A stretch of DNA of 64,000 bases from Eledone cirrhosa (GCA_964016885.1 OZ024741.1:137640001-137704000); one strand, 5' to 3'. Positions 40,164-54,235 are shown, counted from the stretch's first letter. A program made the numbers and translations. Notes: a model not told the origin generated them from the sequence alone.

Positions 40164-42986
40164 AAGCAGGAAATTGCTTGTTGTGATCCAGTTCGTGGTT
40201 AAGAACGCCAGTTTCATGGACGGTTTCAACGTACGGTTAGGGGTAACTCCACAAGTTTGTAAGAATTCCGTTCAATCTTGGAGCATAAAGTATAAAAGAG
40301 AAAACAGAAGTAAGCATTAAGAAAAGGATTTTATTCAGGTATTTACGACCGTTCCATTGGTAAGTGCAACCTTATATTGCTATACTGCAAATAGCAGCCA
40401 CTCAATGATAATTGTTGTTCACGTCCAAATTTTCAAAATAGTGAGTAAGTTACTCTTAAAAAAAGTTCTTAATATATAGAGAAAAACAATTTTTTAGAAT
40501 TGTATTTACTAGTATAGAGAGAGAGGAAGAGGAATTAGAAAGTGTGTGTGTGTGGGGGGGGGGGGGGGCAAACGGAATAGTATAGAGAGAGAGAGGAAGG
40601 GGGAAAAGTGTTAGGAAGTAGAGTGACAAACTGAAGTGGAGGGAGGGGTAGAGGTGGAAGGATTCCTTGATCAGTTTTGATACGTAGACTTCATGTCGTC
40701 GCTTTAGAGTGTAGTGAGTTAAAGAGAATTAAATTGTTTATAGTGGGAGGGATGGAGAGAGATAGAGGGGGAGATATAGAGAGATAAATATATATATAAA
40801 AAATAAAAATAAAAATAAAGAAGGAGGGGGGGGGGGGGAGAAGAAAGGAAAAGATAGCCAAAAAGGGGAGAGAAGAAAGGAAGAAAACGAAAAGAAATAG
40901 CAAAGGAATGAAGGAGAAGGGAGGGATATAGGTATTGGTTTTTGTGGGTAATTTAAGGGGTTAGATACAATAAGAGGGTAGAAAGTCTAAGTATATGCAG
41001 TTTGTCAGGTAGTAATAGGAGGTTAAGGGTTCGATTTGCACTTGTAGTGCGAAAACTTTTCTTTGAGTCTATGGTTACAATAAATTGATCTTTCGATTTT
41101 ATTGTTGAGTAACTTATTCTTTGAACTCAAAATGTGGAACAGCTCAAGGTCACATAATCGACAGCTTCTCATACCACTCCGATATGGGGGCGCGTTCAAT
41201 GATTTTTTCCACTTCAGGGTGTATTGATGGTTACTTTCCCTCAGTTGCCAGGTCTTGTTTGAAAGGGTAGTTATATAACGATGTTGGGAATGTTTCATTG
41301 CGTAACGATGTGTATACCAACGGGCTTTAAATGTATTCCCAGTCGCTCCGATGTAATACCATTTCTGGTTGTCTGATTCTACTGTGCATTAGTAAACCAG
41401 GTTAGACTGCATACATTCATTATGTAATGGACAGGTTTCAGGTAGGTGGCAGTTACAATTCTTGTCATGGGCAACTTTGGAATTATTGGTGGGCTACGAT
41501 GCCTGTACAAGTGTGTTACGTTTAGTTTGCCTATTAGTGGGTGGTTGTGTATTAGATATTCTGTTGTGTTCAATGGTGATTGTATTGTTATTGTTATAAA
41601 TTTGTGTTCTGGTGTTGTTATGTATCTTTTTAGCGTTAAGCATCTTAATGTGTGCCTCTATGTTTGGTGCCGTGGAGTAAGATAGTCTAATAGATTTAGT
41701 GTTAAGGATTTTGCTGTATCTATGTGAATCTGGAAAGTGCTTATTTATTATTTTAAAGAAATTAGAGGGTAGATTAGTACTAATAGAGGTGTTAAATATG
41801 GGGTTATAACAAATATATTTTCTACTGCGTGACTTGTTTGATTTCGATGTTGTATTTCTATTTACAGTATAATTTGTAGTTCTATACGTAAATGCGTGTG
41901 TGCGTGTGTTTCTGGAGTTTGTGTTATGCGTGTTCGTGTGCGCTTTGCGGAGGCTCTCATCTATATATTCTACTCTATCTAAGTGGCCTGCCTTGTCTAG
42001 TGCGGTATTGTAGTATTCTGCATGTTCCTCGAAGATTTGTCGGTTAGACGAGAGGATGGAGATCCTAAGGGATATGCTGCGTGGAATAGATTTAATTATG
42101 GATAGTGGGTGGTTTCAGTTACAGTTGATGTATGCTAAGTTTTCATTATGTCCCGTATTTAGGTTAAGTGTCACGTCTAGAAAGCTAACTATTTTAGTGC
42201 TATACTCATACGTTACGCTAAGTCCTAGTTTTCCGAGAGTCTTTCTAATATTCTTACGGAGTCTTTCTATGCTCTGGTTATTTAGGTTCTTAACTAGGAG
42301 AAGGACGTCGTCTCTGCAGATTCCACTGTGAAGATAGCTAAACTCACTCTGTAAACTATGGGCTATGTAAATACCTACTAAATCTGTGACTTGAGCCGAG
42401 TCGTTATCCCCCATCGTGATGTCAAAGTTATTTAATCTATCCTTACGTTCCCAATAGACGTTTTCAAATTTAATTATTGTTTTCCTAGCAGCTAATATAA
42501 TTTTTATCTCGTCGTCTGTTAGGTCAGAATTAGCTTTGGCGAATGCTAAGACTTTATCCAATGTGTTGGGGGATATAGAGGAGTAATAGTCGTTAATGTC
42601 GAATTGTATAAACTTAGATACTTTTTTGTTAGCCATATTGTTAAACCACTTAATTGTTACGGTACCGTTACCCCATAGTTTAATCACTAGTTTATTCTTC
42701 ATTTGTGCTATCACTCTGTCTAATATATGTTTACTAATTTTCCCGATGTCCGATTTGGACGGGCATATAAGTCTAATTGTGGGGTTATAATCAAAATTTA
42801 CCTTATGGTCAGCGAGATAAAATGTGGGGGTACATGGCCTAAGTGGCAGCGTTCTGTCGTCTATTCCTAGGTGTTTGACTATATTAGGTGCCTCGTCGTT
42901 GATGTTTATCAGTGCCGCCTCGTTAGTTTTTTTGTATTTCCTATGTAATTCTTTCCGTATGAAGCTATTGTATGTATTAATAGGTT
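40161..42986 (-). mobile_element. Naiad-like PLE, left arm of a large inverted duplication (RT, GIY-YIG, tail)
   Basis: FIQFDINDYYSSI, ITMGDNDSAQVTDLVG, GICRDD, VSFLDVTLNL and C-terminal CRLCDLE...LLNNKIE. Confidence 0.9.
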
Positions 42987-45082
42987 CAAGTCACAGATTT
43001 AGTAGGTATTTACATAGCCCATAGTTTACAGAGTGAGTTTAGCGATGTTCACGGTGGAATCTACAGAGACGACGCCCTTCTCCTAGTTAAGAACCTAAAT
43101 AACCAGAGCATAGAAAGACTCCGTAAGAATATTAGAAAGACTCTCGGAAAAATAGGCCTTAGCATAACGTATGAGTATAGCACTAAAACAGTTAACTTTC
43201 TAGACGCGACGCTTAACCTAAATACAGGACTTATATTTTCACAAGATTCATGAAAACTTAGCATACATCAACTGTAACTTAAACCATCCACTATCCATAA
43301 TTAAATCCATTCCACGCAGCATATCCCTTAGGATCTCCCGCTTCTCGTCTAACCGACAAATCTTCGAGGAACATGCAGAATACTACAATACCGCACCAGA
43401 CAAGGCAGGCCACTTAGATAGAGTAGAATATATAGATGAGAGCCTCCGCAAAGCGCACACGAACACGCATAACACAAACTCCAGAAACACACGCACACAC
43501 GCATTTACGTATATAACTACAAATTATACTGTAAATAGAAATACAACATCGAAATCAAACAAGTCTGGCAGGAGAAAATATATTTGGTATAACCCCATAT
43601 TTAACACCTCAATTAGTACTAACCTACTCTCTACCTTCTTTAGAATAATAAATAAGCACTTTCCAGATTCACATAGATACAGCAAAATCCTTAACACTAA
43701 ATCTATTAGACTATCTTACTCCACGGCACCAAACATAAAGGCACACATTAAGATGCTTAACGCTAAAAAGATATATAACAACACCAGGACACACATTTAT
43801 AACAATAACAATACAATCACCATTGAACACAACAGAATATCTAATACACAACCACCCACTAATAGGCAAACACAACGTAACACACTTGTACAGGCATCGC
43901 AGCCCACCAATAATGCCAAAGTTGCCCATGACAAGAATTGTAACTGCCACCTACCTGAAACCTGTCCATTACATAATGAATGTATGCAGTCTAACCTGGT
44001 TTACTAATGCACAGTAGAATCAGACAACCAGAAATGGTATTACATCGGAGCGACTGAGAATACATTTAAAGCCTGTTGGTATACACACCGTTACGCAATG
44101 AAACACCCCAACATCGTTATATAACTACCCTTGCAAACAAGACCCGGCAACTGAGGGAAAGTAACCATCAATACACCCTGAAGTGGAAAAAATTATCGAA
44201 CGCGCCCCCATATCGGAGTGGTATGAGAAGCTGTCGATTATGTGACCTTGAGCTGTTCCACATTTTGAGTTCAAAGAATAAGTTACTCAACAATAAAATC
44301 GAAAGATCAATTTATTTTAACCATAGACTCAAAGAAAAGTTTTCGCACTACAAGTGCAAATCGAATCCTTAACCTCCTACTACTACCTGACAAACTGCAT
44401 ATACTTAGACTTTCTACCCTTTTATTGTATTTAACCCCTTTAATTACCCACAAAAACCAATACCTATATCCCTCCCTTCTCCTTCATTCCTTTGCTATTT
44501 CTTTTCGTTTTCTTCCTTTCTTCTCTCCCCTTTTTGGCTATCTTTTCCTTTCTTCTCCCCCCCCCCTCCTTCTTTATTTTTATTTTTATTTTTTATATAT
44601 ATATTTATCTCTCTATATCTCCCCCTCTATCTCTCTCCATCCCTCCACTATAAACAATTTAATTCTCTTTAACTCACTACACCCTAAAGCGACGACATGA
44701 AGTCTACGTATCAAAACTGATCAAGGAATCCTTCCACCTCTACCCCTCCCTCCACTTCAGTTTGTCACTCTACTTCCTAACACTTTTCCCCCTTCCTCTC
44801 TCTCTCTATACTATTCCGTTTTCCCCCCCCCCCCCATTTTCTAATTCCTCTTCCTCTCTCTCTATACTAGTAAATACAATTCTAAAAAATTGTTTTTCTC
44901 TATATATTAAGAACTATTTCAAGAGTAACTTACTCACTATTTTGAAAATTTGGACGTGAACAACAATTATCATTGAGTGGCTGCTATTTGCAGTATAGCA
45001 ATATAAGGTTGCACCTACCAATGAAACGGTCGTAAATACCTGAATAAAATCCTTTTCTTAATGCTTACCTGTTTTCTCTTAT
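42987..45082 (+). mobile_element. Naiad-like PLE, right (inverted) arm
   Basis: Reverse complement of about 40310-42392. Contains the CNCHLPETCPLHNEC linker, WYYIGAT and CRLCDLE. Confidence 0.9.
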
Positions 45083-45478
45083 GTATATATATATATATAA
45101 GTAAACAAAAATATTTGTCTCTACTACTTAGACACCTCAATGAATGGCTAAAATATACATATAAAATATCACTCAGAGAAGTGATTTAACATACTAAACT
45201 AACGGCAAAATGTCAATTTACAGGAGTATAACCCAGCCCAACTAAAATAAGTTAGTCTAACTCATATAATCATCTCTCTACCAATGTTTCAAGAATAAAA
45301 GAAACGATATCATCAATTTCAAATATTTGGAATAACCAATATTGGAAAAACTTGTTCGCCTGTATGAGTTAGACTAACTTATTTTAGTCGGTCGGACTTA
45401 TTCTCCCCTAAATCGAGATTTTGGCATAAGGTTAATATTATAGCCGTCGCGGTCCAGAATCTTTTCATAAATATATAT

Positions 45479-45543
<65 letters not shown>

Positions 45544-45605
45544 ATGAAATCGAAAATGCAACTGGAGTCTTATTTAAAATATATATATATATATTTATTT
45601 GGTTC

Positions 45606-45641
45606 CTTTACCGGTTTCACAGTTCTTCTGCTTTTCAAAAG
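45606..45641 (-). ncRNA. Minimal type I hammerhead with U3-A8 core
   Basis: Reverse complement: CTT TTGAAAA GCAG aagaa CTGT GAA ACCGGT A AAG. Lies in a (TA)n-bounded segment 45540-46080. Confidence 0.6.
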
Positions 45642-46079
45642 TAGAGTTGAGATGGAGGCTCTGTGTTTTTCTCACATCTGGTTGGTCTTTGAATGTTACT
45701 TGTTTTATACGGAAAAAAGTGGCTCGAAACGCCAGGTTTTTAGAGAAGTAATTTGATTGGTTGGTCAATAAGTATAATAAATTTCGCGCCAGTTCGCGTT
45801 ACAAAGTTCTTCAAACAGGGGGGGGGGGGGGTGCTCAGGTGTTTTTTCATATATGAGTGTTTGAATTTCTTTTTACTTAAAAAAAAGGGGCTCACGAAGG
45901 CTTTTTTTTTATAAATGTAATTTGATTGGTTATAAATGAAATTATAGCTGTCACGTGAACAAGTTTATTAAAATTCGGGCCCGTATTTGGGAATTTATTT
46001 TGTAGCCTTTTAGAGAATTTTATGACAAACAAAAGATAATGGTCAAGAGAAATGGGATGGGAGAATTGTTCTGGTTCAG

Positions 46080-46180
<101 letters not shown>

Positions 46181-46189
46181 ATATATATA

Positions 46190-47100
46190 AATCACCGTAC
46201 CATTCCGGCGACATTTCCTTCGTTCATTCCGTATCCGCCATTCCTTCACCTGCACATCCACCCACGTTGTCTATGCCCTCCGGTGTTCCCTTTGCGGGTC
46301 TTTATATATCGGACAAACGGGACACCGTATGGGGCACCGTTTTGCCGAACATTTAAGGTACATCAGACTCGGTTTGGATACTTCTGTCGGTCGTCATTTC
46401 TGTTCTCCTGGTCAGTCTTCCCTACATGTCTCAGTCCTGGGGGTCCTTTTACACCAGGATTTAACAAAGTCTGATTCACCGCCTTGGGTCCTATTCCCCT
46501 CTTGGACTCAACTCACTTCCCCAATTTCTCTAAAAGCCTGTCCATTATCACACCCCTAGATTCCTATCGCTTTCTCTTGATCATTAGCAGCTTCTCTTAC
46601 AACTAATACATGCCGATACATACCCTTATATTAACATACTTTTGCACATAGCTTCGTACTTACATGCACACACACTCTTTTACTCATATACACACACATT
46701 TCTTCTTAGCTTCGTACGGACCTATAATAACACACACACACACACACAAACACATGCTTACGCACGTGCTCAAGTATAGCTCTTTTTACAAAACGTTTTT
46801 TTTTCATTTCAGGTAGACGCGCTCCACCATCAACATTTCTAAAAAATAAATCATACACAAAACGCCAGCACCAAAAGTTTTGCAAGAGATGTCAACATGA
46901 ATGGACCTGTTATTTTCATCTAAATACATTTTTTCCAATTCCATCCCGCCCGTCCCCTCAATCTATTTTTCATTTTTTCTTCTGATAAAGGACTAGCGTC
47001 CGAAATGTTAAAACCCCCTTCCTGCTATATCAAGTGTTAACCTAATATATACCTCCCATATACTGTACCGATTCTGTTGTTATTTCTGTTTACCTTTTAC
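46190..47100 (+). mobile_element. Neptune-like PLE 3' fragment (GIY-YIG plus tail; decayed HHR at 46979-47012)
   Basis: Reads ...HVVYALRCSLCGSLYIGQTGHRMGHRFAEHLR... Tail homologous to 12375-13240. Confidence 0.82.
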
Positions 47101-47112
47101 ATATATATAAAT

Positions 47113-47620
<508 letters not shown>

Positions 47621-48411
47621 CATTATACTACTCTGTTATTGTGTTTCATTTATGTCTACTCATATCTCAATTCAGGTCGAAGAGATATTTGATCGGACAG
47701 TCCTTACATTCAGTCGTTTTAGTGAATTATACGACTACATAATTTAAGAAAACCTTAATAGGTGTAAGGTGGGATTTAAGGGTGGTTTTGCTGCTATTTC
47801 AGAAAACCTATAGTGCTGTCTAACACTTGTATCATAATTTTGTGTGGTTGTATTTTAAATGTAATATTGTTAATTCAAAATTGAACGATGTTGACAATAA
47901 TGCAACATCTCGTAGTAAGTCTTAAAATATTGTCTCACAATGTTTACGAGAATATAGTGTATTGCATAATCGCCTAGTTTTTATTGCATCTAGATATTCA
48001 TCGCACAATATCTCGTAGCATATTGCTGTTTGCCAAGTAGTTTGCCAAATTCATTTGGCCACTAGTAACAGAAATGTTTTCCACCGTGCCTGGTTTGTCA
48101 TTTGATCTGACTATTACATTTTGGAGTATGGCATTTGTCTGCTATACAGGGAGCATGGTCGATGCATTTGATGAAGAGGAGCGCCGTAATCATATAATTA
48201 TCTGACATAGAGTAATATAAAATTCAATAATTAGATATTTTGTCCCTGAAATAGATATATTGGGACTTTGTGTATAAGCTATTTCATAGAAATTGACTGT
48301 AATTGCGGATATTTACTACGTTTGATCATCCTACATCTATATATTGATTTCCATAGCATTTCCTAAATTTGAAATGTCAAGCTTAGAACACAATGTGTTT
48401 ACACACACACA

Positions 48412-48461
<50 letters not shown>

Positions 48462-48595
48462 CATATATATAAACACACACACATATATATATATATATTT
48501 AGGGATTGTAACATCCGGGAATACTAATAATAACACTTCGTCATTTTTATTATGTGCATATATATAGGTATATATATATAGTTTTAATATAGATG

Positions 48596-48646
48596 AGATT
48601 CTACAGGACTAGAACTGTTTCATTCTTTAGAAATCATTAGGAATCT
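48596..48646 (-). ncRNA. Decayed type I hammerhead (G5A)
   Basis: Reverse complement: AGATTC CTAATGA T TTC taaa GAA T GAA ACAG ttctagtc CTGT A GAATCT. Confidence 0.7.
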
Positions 48647-48984
48647 GGGTATCAAAATATAAATATGGTATTTATAGGTTTCTTCAGGTGGTAGGAGAGG
48701 GTAGGGAGTGGGATGGGTAGAGGTCATTGGTTGATAGAAAAGAGAATTCATTAAAAGCTAATTCTTTAAAGTTATAATTTATATTTAGAGTAACAGAGAC
48801 AGAAAGAATTCTATAAACAAGTTCAGAATGGGGTGCCACTCCTTATTTTTAAGTTTCTCTTAAGCTAACAATGCATATATTTCAGGTGTCTATAAGATCG
48901 TTGGGGGTCAGTCATGGTTGATGGATTTAAAGAAAATAATTAAATAAGCCAACCACCTCCGAAATCAATCCCCGGACTGGGGCC

Positions 48985-49440
48985 TTGTGTAATTGCCTAA
49001 ATAAGGAAGCCTGCCCACTTGAATACAAATGCCTGACAAATGATATCGTATACAAATGCGATGTCATCTCAGGCACCGATGATTGCAATAACAAAAAGAC
49101 TTACATCGGCATGACTTCCAATAACTTTAAGACCCGTTGGAATGCCCATACCAACTCCTTCAGAAGACCGGACAAATCAAACCAGACAACACTCGCCTCC
49201 TATGTTTGGGACCTCAAAAGGAACTCCACCCCCTTCACGCTTAAATGGAAAATACTCCAGAAAGCGCGCTCTTACAACGGAGGACACAAGGGCTGCGATC
49301 TTTGTATCTCAGAGAGCTATCAAATTTTATTCGCCAAGGGCTCGCTACTGAACAAACTCTCTGAACACTGCCCGAACTGCATGCACAAGAACTTTGTAAC
49401 TTTCAAATACCTTAAGCCAGTGTTAATGGCCGATTGCTAA
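48985..49440 (+). CDS. GIY-YIG endonuclease domain of a Naiad-like PLE (open frame, N-terminally truncated)
   Basis: CNCLNKEACPLEYKC, IVYKC...TYIGMT..FKTRWNAH, CDLCISE and LLNKLSE..PNCMH. Confidence 0.85.
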   Translation: MCNCLNKEACPLEYKCLTNDIVYKCDVISGTDDCNNKKTYIGMTSNNFKTRWNAHTNSFRRPDKSNQTTLASYVWDLKRNSTPFTLKWKILQKARSYNGGHKGCDLCISESYQILFAKGSLLNKLSEHCPNCMHKNFVTFKYLKPVLMADC

Positions 49441-50018
49441 AAACGACTTCCTCCTTTTAGGACTAACTAAAGGACTAACTTTATTCATATGTAACCCATT
49501 TGCAACCACGCAACACCTTTTTGTTTTCATATTCACAGATATATTTTCCTCCGCCGTCACCCGTCTATTTCATTGTTACTGCTTCTTCTTTCTCTGTATC
49601 TTTCACCTCCCTTTACCCTCTCTAACAGTCACTCTCTCTGTTAGCCTCTTCCTCACCCTTCACTCATTCACTCTCTTCTACTCCCTCTCCTACTTCTTCC
49701 CGTTTGACCTGTGCGTTATTCTTTTCTCGCGCACACTTGACCAGGTTGGTTGTTCCTTTTTTCTCTCTTGTCTACGATTTCACTGAACTTATGTTCACCG
49801 AATTTAGGTACTAGACTCCTTCTTCCTCCCGTTTGACCTGTGCGGAATTCTTTCCTTGCTCACATTTCGACTAGGTTTGATGGTCTTTATTCTCTCTCGT
49901 CCACGATTTCACAGAACTTATATTCATAGAATTCTGGGACTTGACTCCTTCTTCCTCACTTTTCGTTGCATTACCATCTTTGATTGTTTACAGTCTCGTT
50001 CGTTCCCCTTATTTACGT

Positions 50019-50120
50019 GTCCCAACGACTTTCTTTAGCCGTTGCTCGAACCAACCGGAGGTATATGGTCTTTAAAGCGATGAAATACCAATGAAGGTTG
50101 GAAGATCACTGATGAAAGAC
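50019..50120 (+). ncRNA. Putative permuted hammerhead with kink-turn, copy 3 (diverged)
   Basis: GGTAT-A|TGGTCTT ... GAAATACC ... AAGATCA-CTGATGA, with compensatory changes relative to copies 1 and 2. Confidence 0.7.
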
Positions 50121-50128
50121 TAACTTTA

Positions 50129-50191
<63 letters not shown>

Positions 50192-50423
50192 GGCGATAAA
50201 GTTGTTATATATTTCTGGCAATATTATAAGAATATATATATAATCAAAAATTTAACAAGGTTCATTGATTAATCAATGAATAAAGTTTTACAATATATTA
50301 GAAGCACTCAACAGGGAGGTTTTCTGAAGTTATTAATATTACTTCAAAATATTCATAAATATAGACATTCATGTGACATTCAATTGAACCATCAGCACAG
50401 TTGAGGTATGTCAGACATCAATT

Positions 50424-50489
50424 TATTTTATCTGATGAGGACGTACTGATGAAATAGCTCAGTACCTCTGAAATATGTATAATAAAATA
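50424..50489 (+). ncRNA. Type I hammerhead with intact core, inside a fold-back element (arms 50337-50376 / 50498-50538)
   Basis: TATTTTAT CTGATGA ggacGTACTGA tgaaatagc TCAGTACctct GAA ATA tg TAT A ATAAAATA. Confidence 0.8.
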
Positions 50490-50531
50490 TATTTGATCAC
50501 ATGAATGTCTATATTTATTAATATTTTGAAG

Positions 50532-50586
<55 letters not shown>

Positions 50587-50678
50587 ATATATATATATAT
50601 ATATATAATATATATACATACATCCACACCCACCCACCCACATACATACACACATACATACATACATATATGTATATG

Positions 50679-50750
<72 letters not shown>

Positions 50751-51397
50751 GTATCGATATATATATAGTAATAATAAATACAAAGACCAAATCTGAAGAG
50801 AACTCGATAAGGATTATATACATATATATATATAAGAATATATAAACCTGCAGAGCAACTATTTATTATTATTACAGATTAAAGATTTAAGCAATAAATT
50901 ACTACTTTGTAAGACTAAAATGTGAACATACCAGCAACGGGAGAAATGCAAACCCTGGAAAATATCTGTTCTGTAGATGCAGGATTAATATATATCATCT
51001 CAGCTAAAGGTAATCTAAATATTTCCGTGACAAAATTCACCACAGACTATCTTTTTCTCTCAGAGGAGAATGAATTATGACCTTATGTAAATTAATACTT
51101 TGACATGACTATAAAAAACGAATTTTCGCAACATTTCGAATAATTGGAAGACATATCTCATTCGAAACATTTGTAAGGGAATAAATATGATATTTTGATG
51201 AGAGAAGTATAATTTTTCCATTAATACCTTCTTCTATATTTGCTCTGCAATCATATGTTTAACCATTCTTCCACGCTAATGACTTGTTTCTTCAAATGTT
51301 TGTGTATTATATAAACGCATTGAGCTATTCTTTTTCTTAAAAACTTAAATACTATCAGTTTAAGTCTCTACTTTGCTGTTAATATAGTTCTACCTTT

Positions 51398-51512
<115 letters not shown>

Positions 51513-51583
51513 TATGGAATACTGTTGGCTTCTTGCTACAATAATTTCTATACTTTTCATTTTTATATATATATGTATGTATG

Positions 51584-51672
<89 letters not shown>

Positions 51673-51680
51673 GTATATAC

Positions 51681-51805
<125 letters not shown>

Positions 51806-53919
51806 TATATATGTATATATGTATATACACAGAAACAATAAATATCAAGACATTAGAAATATGAATTCTCATACATACATTTCTGTCATAAGAATATAAT
51901 AAACAACACTTGAAAACAGCGTCAGATGATGTGATATTTGTCGTTGTTATATTAGGAAGATACACGTAGAATAATGTGTCTTATTGTGATTGGTCTAGTG
52001 CTACGTGAGGTCACAGAAGTTGTAGTATATATTTTCATGTTTGTTTAAAATGTTTATCTGACAGAACAAGGTAAATATATGTAAAATCTATGGGTTCAAC
52101 TTAAGATGTTTTATATAAATATTTATCGAAGCAGAAATAAATTATTTGAGAGGTGGTGTAAAAGTTAATGTCTTAGAATGATCAACCAAATCATTTTGAC
52201 TTATTGGTAAAAATACAAATAGAGAAAAGTAAAACATACATAAAAACTATAACTTTGTTTAAGACGGTATGTGTATGATAGACATTACTTTCTAAACAAG
52301 ACATAAACCGATAGTCACATCACATATACGAATGATTATATGGAAGTAATATATAATGCATATATAGTCCACACGCGCATGTGTGTGTGGGCGTTTGTGT
52401 GGGCGTTTGCATATAGTTCTGAGGAACTGGAATCATATGATTCCAGTTCCTCAGAAGAATAACAATACAACCAGGAGCTGGACATATCGATGTATTGACG
52501 GAGTAAAACACACTTCAACAACATGTGTACCTGTTTTTCCCACACCAAATCGGAATGCCTGAAGAGGTCACAGCCAATGATGGCTGTCACCGAAATATAT
52601 ATAGCAGTTTATCTATAATTTATAATAAACGAAGCCAACATTTACATATTTGACTTAATTATTTTACATTACTCCGGAGTAAACAAACCAACCTGCGTAA
52701 TAAAGCCCTCAATAACAGCGGCTTTACAGAACAGGTTACATATTTACATCCCCCTCTCCCTAAAACTAATCACAATAATAGGAAAAGGAAAATTATTTGG
52801 TTTACACCCCCTTTCTCTCTAACTGTCAAAACTAATGAAGGAAGAAAATTCCTTGACCTCCTAGATAAGCATTTCCCCCCTAATCATAGATATTATAAGA
52901 TATTTAATAGAAATGTAGTTAAAATTAGTTACTCTTGCTGCCCATTTATGAAGTCTCAAATCACCAACTCTAATCGTACGAGAATAAATCCAGGATGTAG
53001 TTGCAGAAAGCCGGATGAATGCCCATTACAGGGTAAATGTAACACCAAATCCGTTGTATATGAGGCCAACTTAACACCTTTGAATAACAACCAGCCAACC
53101 AGGAGTGAACAATATGTTGGTATGACTCAAGACAGGTTCAAAACCCGGTTTTATGCACATGTCTGATAAAAGAACAGCAAAGGCCCTCGCTAATAAGGTG
53201 TGGGAATTCAAAGATAATAACATCCCGTACTCTATCGATTGGTCTATTTTAGACCATTCGAGGGAATACCAAAGGGGCACAAAGAATTGTTCTTTGTGTA
53301 ACACTGAAAAATTTAAAATTCTACAGAATTTAAAAGCCACTTCAACTTGCCTTAACTCCAAGACCGAGATCTTCGATGTTGTCCTCACCTGAAATAACAT
53401 CTGCTCTGTAACTGGATTGACTATCCTACGATGACTCAACCACCTTGAACTTCTTTGCTACGATGACTTAACCACCTTGAACTTCTTCTTTGCTCTTTAC
53501 GCCTTACATCTACTACGACTTTCATTACTCTCTGAACTCACTTTCTGTACCCTTATTTTCTCTTTCTCCCTTATCTCCTCTTATTTTTAAACTTTTTCTT
53601 ATATTATTTATTTTCCTTATTCCCTCCTACTCTCTACCTTACCCTTTACATACCCACCCCCTTTTGATTTTTTAGATATTAATTTTACGTGTATGTATGT
53701 TGTCGTGTATATGTGTATATAAGTGTATGTATATATATATATGTGTATATGTATGTATACATTTTTTATATATATGTGTATGTATGTATATATATATATG
53801 TGCGTGTGTGTGTTTATATGTGCGTGTGTATTTTTATTTATGAGGTGTTGTAACCCTTTGTACTTATGTGGGTGTGTATATTAGTGTGTGTGTGTTATAT
53901 ATATACATATATATATGTC

Positions 53920-53986
<67 letters not shown>

Positions 53987-54235
53987 TTGTATGTAGTTGG
54001 TTGTGTGTGTGTGTATGTATGGTTTTGTATGTATATGCATAATTACATACAGAGTTTTTTAATGCTCTATTTTTATTGATTATTTGATCCAGGAACTGTT
54101 GAGTGCTCTTACTCAGCTATAAACATTTATACCTTTATTTTTTATTTGTCGTATGCCCTACTATTTGAATGCCCCTTTCTTCCCTTTATTTTTATTTTGT
54201 GTCTGTATGTATGTATGTATATATATGTGTATGTG

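Larger units (their letters stand above)
48950..50135 (+). mobile_element. 5'-truncated Naiad-like PLE with terminal redundancy
   Basis: GIY-YIG ORF plus 3' UTR. GACTAACTTTATTCATAT occurs at about 49473 and 50118. About 125-bp internal tandem repeats at 49690-49950. Confidence 0.85.

Noticed and set aside
51860-51932. Minus-strand CTGACGC...GAAATGTATGT hammerhead-like string
   Set aside because: A9 is missing and there is no position-17 nucleotide between stems III and I.
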